Shown in pieces: positions 1-5,459 of a stretch of DNA of 5,459 nt. The stretch is from Candidatus Odinarchaeota archaeon (lineage in GTDB: Archaea; Asgardarchaeota; Odinarchaeia; Odinarchaeales; Odinarchaeaceae), in the NCBI GenBank assembly GCA_038826135.1, contig JAWBON010000076.1, positions 1-5,459 on the forward strand. Direction: 5' to 3'. How positions within the stretch are numbered: position 1 is the stretch's first letter; each line of letters begins with the position of its first letter. Below the pieces are notes generated by a model. The model was not told the DNA's origin and made no database searches. It saw nothing but the letters and a program-made list of their open reading frames with translations. A program made the translations under genes and the position numbers.

Positions 1-352
1 ATATATTTAACTTTCCACTGGTAGTCTTTTATATGATGGGTGAGTGAGAATTATAAATGTTACAAGTATATTTTATAACTGTTGACGAAAATAATCTTAT
101 TAGAATTCAAAAGCAGTTAAGTAAACTCTTATTTTTAATCAAAATACTCCGCTATTGTGAAAACTTGGTTAACTGAGGTTCAGAGCTATTTGCTTATTAT
201 TGGTTTAACAATTAAATTTAGAAATTAAGGTTTCACTCAACGCTCAACACTAGTATTTAACTGGAACAACCCTTTTTCTCAAAAACACGGTAATCCACAC
301 AAGTATTAAATATTAATAAGTATGGTAATATTATAGCTACTAATTAGTCTAT

Positions 353-358
353 GAGGAG
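353..358 (+). promoter_or_regulatory. Shine-Dalgarno site (GAGGAG) for the small ORF at 364
   Basis: GAGGAG at 353-358 lies 5 nt upstream of the TTG at 364. It is complementary to the archaeal 16S anti-SD. Confidence 0.55.
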
Positions 359-363
359 ATCTA

Positions 364-612
364 TTGTCTAATAAATTTTCTAAGAATAAACCAGTGCATC
401 CGGATGAAAAAATCTTAGCTGATAAAAACCCTGTTGAAGAGAATGAAACCCCTGTGAACATCGAATCTTTCGAGAAAACAGCGCCTTTTATAACGCCTAT
501 CCAGTTTAATCCAAACATATGGACTGATGCATTTCTAGAATGGATAAAAAGATTTAACCCGGATCAGAATAGTACCGCTGGTAAAGAAGATAAAGTAGAA
601 GGCGAATCTTGA
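364..612 (+). CDS. Small hypothetical protein (82 aa), acidic, Pro/Asn/Glu/Lys-rich, probably largely disordered, with one amphipathic segment (WTDAFLEWIKRF)
   Basis: TTG start with a well-spaced GAGGAG; an in-frame TGA at 352-354 bounds the frame upstream; stop TGA 610-612. About 35% GC versus about 28% in the preceding 360 nt, with an A/purine-rich coding strand. I recognise no family. Confidence 0.6.
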   Translation: MSNKFSKNKPVHPDEKILADKNPVEENETPVNIESFEKTAPFITPIQFNPNIWTDAFLEWIKRFNPDQNSTAGKEDKVEGES

Positions 613-634
613 AGATTATAATAGTTAGAATATA

Positions 635-642
635 TTTTTAAG
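635..642 (+). promoter_or_regulatory. Putative TATA box (TTTTTAAG) upstream of thiC
   Basis: TATA-like element ~42-49 nt before ATG 684. This would put a start site near 665, ahead of an SD-like GCGGATGTG (668-676). Inferred from position only; the region is AT-rich. Confidence 0.3.
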
Positions 643-683
643 CTGACACTTATTCGAGATTATTGAAGCGGATGTGTTTATTT

Positions 684-1991
684 ATGTCTAATTTGATGCG
701 TGAAGCCCGCAGCGGAAACACTAATGATCTGCTGGTTAAAATAGCCAGAGATGAAGGGGTGGCGGCTGAGAAGCTTACAAGACTAGTAGCTGCAGGTAGG
801 GTTGTAATAGTTAGAAATTTAACCCGCTCTAATGTGTCTCCTATAGGTATAGGGGAGGGTTTAAGAACAAAGGTTAACGCGAATATCGGGACATCCTCGG
901 AGGTTATTGACTATAAACTAGAGGTTGAAAAAGCTAAGATTGCTCAAAAATACGGCGCGGACACAGTGATGGATCTCAGCACTGGTGGGGATATAGGTCT
1001 TGTGAGAAGAGAGATTATAAAAGCGGTTAATATCCCTGTGGGGACGGTTCCAATTTACGAGGCTGCTATTCAAGCTGTTAAGAAGAAGAACGCTATTGTT
1101 GAAATGGATGAAGATATAATCTTCAATACCATTCTTAAGCATTTAAAGGATGGTGTTGATTTTATAACGGTGCATGTTGGTGTCACTAAAGAAATAGTTG
1201 AACATTTAAAGGCGCATCCGCGTCTTCTAGGTATGGTTAGCAGGGGAGGCGTATTCCACGCTTCATGGATTCTCCATAATGAGAGGGAAAACCCCCTATA
1301 CGCTAACTTTGATTACCTGCTCGAACTATCCAAAGACTATGATATAACTCTAAGCTTAGGCGACGGGTTAAGACCAGGATGTATCGAGGACGCTACAGAT
1401 TGGGCGCAGATACATGAATTATTAACGATATCGGATCTTGTTAAGAAAGCTTGGGACGCTGATATTCAAGTGATGGTGGAGGGGCCTGGGCATATCCCGC
1501 TTAATCAAATAAAATCTAATGTGTTACTTCAAAAAACCCTGTGCAGGGGCGCCCCATTCTATGTCTTAGGCCCGCTGGTTACTGATATAGCACCTGGATA
1601 TGATCATATTGTAAGCGCTATCGGCGGAGCTTTAGCAGGTCTGTATGGGGCTGACTTTTTATGTTACGTAACCCCCTCTGAGCATTTAGCTATTCCAACT
1701 GAAGACGAGGTTAAAGAGGGTGTTATAGCCTCTAAGATTGCAGCTCATGCTGTTGACGTAGCTAAAGGAAACGTTAAAGCTTTAAAACAGGATTCAGAAA
1801 TGGCTAAGGCTAGAAGAGATCTTAACTGGGAGAAAGAATTTAAACTGGCTTTAGACCCTGCAAAAGCTAAGGAAATCTACAGCCGCGTTAAGGTTAAGAG
1901 TGAAGCCTGTACAATGTGCGGGGAATACTGCGCTGTTAAACTGCTTTCAAAATATCTTAATCTCGATGTTGATAAAAAACCTAGATGCTAA
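684..1991 (+). CDS. thiC: Phosphomethylpyrimidine (HMP-P) synthase ThiC, short archaeal type, radical SAM enzyme
   Basis: Family motifs: KVNANIGTS, GADTVMDLSTGGD, PVGTVPIY, GVDFITVHVGV, VSRGG, ENPLY, SLGDGLRPG, VMVEGPGH, GAPFYVLGPLVTDIAPGYDHI, LCYVTPSEHL, KIAAHAVD, and the C-terminal CxxCxxxC [4Fe-4S] motif CTMCGEYC. I moved the start from the track's TTG 663 to ATG 684 because MSNLMREARSG matches the usual archaeal ThiC N-terminus (MTQxExARxG) and has an SD-like element upstream. Stop TAA 1989-1991. The paralogs BzaA/B/F cannot be fully excluded. Confidence 0.88.
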   Translation: MSNLMREARSGNTNDLLVKIARDEGVAAEKLTRLVAAGRVVIVRNLTRSNVSPIGIGEGLRTKVNANIGTSSEVIDYKLEVEKAKIAQKYGADTVMDLSTGGDIGLVRREIIKAVNIPVGTVPIYEAAIQAVKKKNAIVEMDEDIIFNTILKHLKDGVDFITVHVGVTKEIVEHLKAHPRLLGMVSRGGVFHASWILHNERENPLYANFDYLLELSKDYDITLSLGDGLRPGCIEDATDWAQIHELLTISDLVKKAWDADIQVMVEGPGHIPLNQIKSNVLLQKTLCRGAPFYVLGPLVTDIAPGYDHIVSAIGGALAGLYGADFLCYVTPSEHLAIPTEDEVKEGVIASKIAAHAVDVAKGNVKALKQDSEMAKARRDLNWEKEFKLALDPAKAKEIYSRVKVKSEACTMCGEYCAVKLLSKYLNLDVDKKPRC

Positions 1992-2526
1992 ATATTATTA
2001 ATCCTATATCTTCAGAGCTTGGGTTTTCAAAAATTTTATGTATCCTAAAATTATTCTCGTCTAAAATAACTTTAATTTTTTCTAAGTTAAAGCTCTTTTT
2101 TAGAGCGGATAGAATAACCCGGCCATTAGGTGCAATGATTCTTCTAACCTCTTTTATAAAACACGCTTGCCCCTCCAGATTTTGCAAAACTGTAAAGGAG
2201 CATATTTGTTCAGCCGTGCAATCTCTTACAGGCAGATGCTCCACATCCCCTATTATAAAATTCTTGTAAAAATGACGTCTCTGCAAAGCTATTTTAGTCA
2301 TCTCAGGAGAGATATCTATTCCAATATATCTTAATTCCCGTAATTTTTTACACTTAAGGACCAGCGCTGTCCCGCTTCCAAGATCGAAAAGCAACCCGCT
2401 CTCCGGTAAATAATTTGAAACCATATTAAACTTTACGCCTTGAATCTTACCGTATCTCCTATCATAGTAGAGGGCGCTTCTATTATAATCCTCTTTAACA
2501 ATCAGTTTTTTACACATTTTCACCAC
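1981..2526 (-). CDS. Class I SAM-dependent methyltransferase (Methyltransf_11/UbiE-BioC-like fold), substrate unknown
   Basis: N-terminal Y...A..YD..Y segment (YNRSALYYDRRY), motif I LFDLGSGTA, acidic motif II YIGIDISPEM, IGDVEHLPVRD, AEQICSFTVLQNL, and EVRRIIAPNGRVILS. The start is ambiguous (GTG 2526, GTG 2523 or ATG 2517). Stop TAG at 1983-1981. Confidence 0.85.
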   Translation of the reverse strand: MVKMCKKLIVKEDYNRSALYYDRRYGKIQGVKFNMVSNYLPESGLLFDLGSGTALVLKCKKLRELRYIGIDISPEMTKIALQRRHFYKNFIIGDVEHLPVRDCTAEQICSFTVLQNLEGQACFIKEVRRIIAPNGRVILSALKKSFNLEKIKVILDENNFRIHKIFENPSSEDIGLIIFSI

Positions 2527-2536
2527 TATTTATTCA

Positions 2537-3352
2537 GTGACCTTTATGATAATTGATGATTCGTCTTCAGATAATGGTAAAGTCGAGATTATTAATAAAA
2601 CTAATTTGAAAGATTATTTCCCATACTTGGAGGAGCGTTTATCAAAGAATCATACGCTTTTGATAGTGGGTGTTTTCAGTGTTCACTACGAGGGTAGGGC
2701 TAGTTCAAACATAGGCTTCGGTGAACGTATTCTTATTATTAAAAAAGATAAGTCTGTGTTAATTCATCAGGAGAGAGGGGTATCCCCTATAAACTGGCAG
2801 CCGCCTGGTAACTTAATTCACGCCATGATGAATAATAAAAAAATAGTTTTAAAAATAATTAGGAGGAGGCCTCCTGAAATCCTGTTTATACAGTTTAATA
2901 AAATTTTTTTAATAGCGTGTCTCAGAATCCAGGATACAGCGGAGTTCATTATGGATGCTAGTGAAGAGCAGATACAGGAGGCTATAATTAGGAAGCCTGA
3001 TCTATTATTTAAAGGATTTAAACCCGTCATCTCCGAGAAGCATATTAAACCAGGGTTTATGGATATATACGGTTTTGATGTTGAAGGTAACCCGGTTATT
3101 GTAGAATTAAAAAGGAATCCAGCGACCAAGGAATCTATTATTCAACTGAAAAAATATGTTGATTCATATTCCTCCCCTGTTGCGGGTAGAAAGGTTAGAG
3201 GGATTATTGCCGCACCTGGTATAAGTAAAAGCGCCGAGCTTATGTTGAAAAAGCTGGGTTTAGAGTTTAAAAGAATCGACCCGCGTGAGTGTGTAGAAAT
3301 AGTTAAAAGATATAAAACAAGTAAACTTACAGATTATTTTTCAACGGTTTAA
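2537..3352 (+). CDS. nucS: Endonuclease NucS / EndoMS (mismatch-specific endonuclease)
   Basis: N-terminal domain motifs VHYEGRASS, GERILIIKKDKSVLIH and PINWQPPG. The C-terminal PD-(D/E)xK nuclease motifs are GFMDIYGFD...IVELKR, the QxxxY motif (QLKKY) and VRGIIAAP. Start is GTG 2537 or ATG 2546; stop TAA 3350-3352. Confidence 0.93.
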   Translation: MTFMIIDDSSSDNGKVEIINKTNLKDYFPYLEERLSKNHTLLIVGVFSVHYEGRASSNIGFGERILIIKKDKSVLIHQERGVSPINWQPPGNLIHAMMNNKKIVLKIIRRRPPEILFIQFNKIFLIACLRIQDTAEFIMDASEEQIQEAIIRKPDLLFKGFKPVISEKHIKPGFMDIYGFDVEGNPVIVELKRNPATKESIIQLKKYVDSYSSPVAGRKVRGIIAAPGISKSAELMLKKLGLEFKRIDPRECVEIVKRYKTSKLTDYFSTV

Positions 3353-3364
3353 ACAACCGAAACG

Positions 3365-3370
3365 TTTAAG
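3365..3370 (+). promoter_or_regulatory. Putative BRE/TATA (GAAACG-TTTAAG) for the ferritin-like gene
   Basis: TTTAAG is preceded by purine-rich GAAACG and lies ~25 nt before the SD at 3395, which fits a short leader. Positional inference only. Confidence 0.35.
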
Positions 3371-3394
3371 TTTTGAAGCTTTTTAAACTTCTAA

Positions 3395-3400
3395 AGGTGA
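3395..3400 (+). promoter_or_regulatory. Shine-Dalgarno site (AGGTGA) for the gene at 3407
   Basis: Classic archaeal AGGTGA, 6 nt upstream of ATG 3407. Confidence 0.7.
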
Positions 3401-3406
3401 ACTTTA

Positions 3407-3889
3407 ATGGCTCGCGATAAAACTGAAATAGAGAAGCTGTTGGACGAAGGTATAAAACTGGAAGAGACGATTGTTAGTAGGGCTGAGCGCACGGTTAAAG
3501 ATGTTAAAAACCCGCTCATCCGTGAATTAGTATCTGGTATTGCTTTAGACTCTAAGAAGCATGCTAACATGCTGCAGGGTTTAAAAGATTTGCTTGAGAG
3601 TAAAACACCATTCATAGGTGTTGAAGAGCGAGACACTCTTAGTAATGATATTAAACAGCATATAACGCTGGAGAGTAAAGCTATAGAGAAATATTCAAAA
3701 GTTTTAGACAGTGTTGATAAGCATGAAATGCAGCTTATTTTAAGCTATCTCATAGAGGATGAGAAAAGACATCACCAGCTTCTTAAGAGAATTGAAAAAT
3801 GGATAATTGAAGCGCAGACCTATACCGAGGAGGAATGGTGGGATATTATGTGGAAGGACGCGCTTTTCCACGGATCCCCGATGGGTTAA
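3407..3889 (+). CDS. Ferritin-like / rubrerythrin-like four-helix-bundle protein (160 aa)
   Basis: Two ungapped internal repeats offset by 70 aa. Each has an LE helix (E19, E89) followed 29 aa later by D-x-x-x-H (DSKKH 48-52; DEKRH 118-122), the ferritin-like superfamily pattern. Strong SD; stop TAA 3887-3889. Confidence 0.85.
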   Translation: MARDKTEIEKLLDEGIKLEETIVSRAERTVKDVKNPLIRELVSGIALDSKKHANMLQGLKDLLESKTPFIGVEERDTLSNDIKQHITLESKAIEKYSKVLDSVDKHEMQLILSYLIEDEKRHHQLLKRIEKWIIEAQTYTEEEWWDIMWKDALFHGSPMG

Positions 3890-3904
3890 TCTCCTCTTTA
3901 TACT

Positions 3905-3935
3905 TTCTATTATTAATAGAATAGAATGTTTTTTT
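3905..3935 (+). terminator. Putative terminator between the convergent ferritin-like and atpA genes
   Basis: Inverted repeat TTCTATT-ATT-AATAGAA (3905-3921) followed by a T7 run (3929-3935), 15-45 nt after the stop codon. Oligo-T tracts are the established archaeal intrinsic termination signal. Confidence 0.45.
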
Positions 3936-4005
3936 AGCTGTCTGGTTGCTGTAAGGAGTATTCAACTGGTGGTTATTAAATTTGATACCTCGGGGTTTCG
4001 TGGGC

Positions 4006-5459
4006 TTATCTTTTTATATGCATTGCTAAATGGATGAACTGCTCGTTAATATCTTTATCTATTTGATCGAATTCAGCATTCATTTTAGCCTTATCCTCGT
4101 ATGGTATGATCTTCATCCTAGCTATTTTTTCAACGACAGGTAGATCCAGTATTTCTCTAATTGTAACTCCCTTATCCACAGCGTCTCTCATCTTCTCATA
4201 GAAGGTTATTATCGCTTTAAGCATTCTATACATTTTATAAAGTGGACTGTAAGTATCAATCGGGTGTAGGGCGCTTTGCTGAAGATAGTCTTCTCTAATC
4301 ATTCTCGCAGCTTCAAGAATAGCCCTCTCAGACTCTGGGAGCGCATCAGGTCCGATTAATTGAACTATCTCTGTTAATTTCTCCTCCTCTTCTAGAAGCG
4401 TCATAGCTTTCTCCCTGAGCTTATTCCACTCAAGGCTGATATTCTCATCATAGTATTTTTGAAGGGTTTCAAGATACAGTGAGTAACTGTTAAGCCAGTT
4501 AATAGCTGGGAAATGTCTTCTTCTAGAAAGATTAGAGTCTAAAGCCCAGAATGTTTTAATTATTCTAAGAGTGGCTTGCGTGACCGGCTCTGAAAAATCT
4601 CCTCCAGGAGGGCTTACAGCACCTGTTATTGTAGCTGAACCCACTCTCGGCTTGGAACCTATAGTTGTAACTCTTCCAGCTCGCTCATAGAATTCAGCTA
4701 GTCGACTGGATAAATAAGCCGGATACCCTTCCTCGCCTGGCATTTCTTCCAATCTACCGGATAACTCTCTAAGAGCTTCAGCCCACCGAGATGTTGAATC
4801 AGCCTGAAGAGCTACATCATAACCCATATCTCTGAAATACTCCGCCATAGTTATAGCTGTATAAATACTAGCCTCTCTGGCCGCTACAGGCATATTAGAA
4901 GTATTAGCTACTAAAACAGTCCTGCTCATAAGAGGCTCCCCTGTCCTAGGATCCTTATAAGTGGGGAATTTTTCAAGAACCTCAGTCATCTCATTACCCC
5001 TCTCCCCACACCCAATATAGATCACAACCCTAGCATCGCTCCACATAGCCAGGCTATGGAGAGTAACTGTTTTTCCAGTACCGAAACCTCCTGGTATAGC
5101 CCCTGTACCTCCTTTAGCCATGGGGAATAGTGTATCTAAGATCCTCATTCCAGTGAGCATCGGCAACTCTGGCTCCAGCTTCTCCTTAAAAGGCCTCGGC
5201 CTCCTAGCAGGCCATTTCTGCAACATCCTTACAGCTGTCTTCTCACCATTAGCCTCAACATATGCTATGGGATCCTCTACACTATACTCACCCTCGGGAG
5301 AGATCTCAATAAGCCTACCACTAACCCCGTGTGGAACCATGATCCAATGTCTTATAAGCGGGGTCTCATCAACATAGCCTATGATATCACCGGGCCCCAC
5401 CTTATCGCCAGGCTTTAACTCTTTCGACGGGGTGAACACATACTTCCTATCCCTCGGAA
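4006..5459 (-). CDS. atpA: A/V-type ATP synthase catalytic subunit A (5'-truncated by the window edge)
   Basis: Walker A GGFGTGKT (5091-5068), [25 protein letters not shown], Walker B region [46 protein letters not shown] and [10 protein letters not shown]. The frame stays open to the edge (..[10 protein letters not shown]), so the track's GTG at 5439 is not the real start and roughly 100 N-terminal residues are missing. Stop TAA 4008-4006. Confidence 0.97.
   Translation of the reverse strand, partial: PRDRKYVFTPSKELKPGDKVGPGDIIGYVDETPLIRHWIMVPHGVSGRLIEISPEGEYSVEDPIAYVEANGEKTAVRMLQKWPARRPRPFKEKLEPELPMLTGMRILDTLFPMAKGGTGAIPGGFGTGKTVTLHSLAMWSDARVVIYIGCGERGNEMTEVLEKFPTYKDPRTGEPLMSRTVLVANTSNMPVAAREASIYTAITMAEYFRDMGYDVALQADSTSRWAEALRELSGRLEEMPGEEGYPAYLSSRLAEFYERAGRVTTIGSKPRVGSATITGAVSPPGGDFSEPVTQATLRIIKTFWALDSNLSRRRHFPAINWLNSYSLYLETLQKYYDENISLEWNKLREKAMTLLEEEEKLTEIVQLIGPDALPESERAILEAARMIREDYLQQSALHPIDTYSPLYKMYRMLKAIITFYEKMRDAVDKGVTIREILDLPVVEKIARMKIIPYEDKAKMNAEFDQIDKDINEQFIHLAMHIKR

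Noticed and set aside
351-371. Six-codon uORF (MRRSIV) overlapping the SD and TTG of the small ORF
   Set aside because: It arises because the GAGGAG SD is preceded by AT. There is no upstream SD for it, so it is probably chance. A frameshift making it the true start cannot be supported.
306-518. 70-aa minus-strand ORF
   Set aside because: Antisense shadow of the better-supported small plus-strand ORF; no SD or motifs.
1-683. TPP riboswitch upstream of thiC
   Set aside because: No GCTGAGA / ACCTGATC...GATAATGC...GGGA-type THI core in the correct order on the plus strand. The CTGAGG at 173-178 and the minus-strand GAACCTCAG are only fragmentary look-alikes.
663-683. TTG 663 start for thiC (MKRMCLF extension)
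   Set aside because: The extension overlaps the likely SD and leader and does not resemble ThiC N-termini. ATG 684 fits better.
918-1142. 74-aa minus-strand ORF
   Set aside because: Antisense shadow inside thiC.
1985-2269. 94-aa plus-strand ORF
   Set aside because: Antisense shadow of the methyltransferase.
2818-3129. 103-aa minus-strand ORF
   Set aside because: Antisense shadow inside nucS.
3391-3636. 81-aa minus-strand ORF
   Set aside because: Ser-rich antisense shadow of the ferritin-like gene.
3830-3889. Encapsulin cargo-loading peptide on the ferritin-like protein
   Set aside because: The tail lacks the LxIGSL-type consensus, and there is no encapsulin gene in the window.
3891-3896. 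Minus-strand GAGGAG (SD-like) in the gap after atpA, as a possible remnant of an atpB start
   Set aside because: No start codon or AtpB-like residues follow it; the downstream sequence is the antisense of the ferritin-like gene.
3984-3999. Small hairpin GATACC-TCGG-GGTTTC just after the atpA stop
   Set aside because: Only 5 of 6 pairs form and no T-tract follows on the minus strand. Too weak to call a terminator or RNA element.
3807-4037. 76-aa plus-strand ORF spanning the intergenic gap
   Set aside because: It overlaps both neighbours, runs through the putative terminator, and has no SD or recognisable motif.
5008-5091. Intein in atpA (VMA insertion sites at the P-loop GK|T and at YIG|CGERG)
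   Set aside because: Both sites are contiguous and empty, with no extra sequence or intein/LAGLIDADG motifs.
5120-5377. 85-aa plus-strand ORF
   Set aside because: Antisense shadow inside atpA.
5437-5439. GTG start for atpA given by the ORF track
   Set aside because: The frame is open to the window edge and the upstream residues (PRDRKY) continue the typical subunit A sequence. The gene is truncated by the window.
1-5459. CRISPR array, IS element, integrase/att site, tRNA or C/D-box sRNA
   Set aside because: No direct-repeat array, terminal inverted repeats, transposase/integrase motifs, cloverleaf or properly ordered C/D boxes were found by eye.

Overview
Archaeal chromosomal window made up mostly of housekeeping genes, tightly packed. 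In order: a ~350-nt AT-rich non-coding stretch (~28% GC by hand count); a small orphan ORF with a TTG start and a good Shine-Dalgarno site (364-612 +); thiC (684-1991 +); a class I SAM-dependent methyltransferase (1981-2526 -) overlapping the thiC 3' end by 11 nt; the divergent mismatch endonuclease nucS/EndoMS (2537-3352 +); a ferritin/rubrerythrin-like four-helix-bundle protein (3407-3889 +); and the 3' ~483 codons of the A/V-type ATP synthase subunit A (4006-5459 -, running off the right edge). I found no mobile element, CRISPR array, tRNA/rRNA, intein or TPP riboswitch, and I cannot support a new multi-gene system here. The strongest anomaly is inside atpA. Its codon usage switches abruptly near 4890-4960: GC3 ~50% vs ~34%, and Arg AGG 12/13 vs 3/22 (hand counts). 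The protein signature appears to switch with it, from crenarchaeal-like to Euryarchaeota/Asgard-like. This suggests a mosaic gene (intragenic recombination) or an assembly chimera. atpA is also not followed by atpB. The lineage cannot be fixed from the sequence alone.
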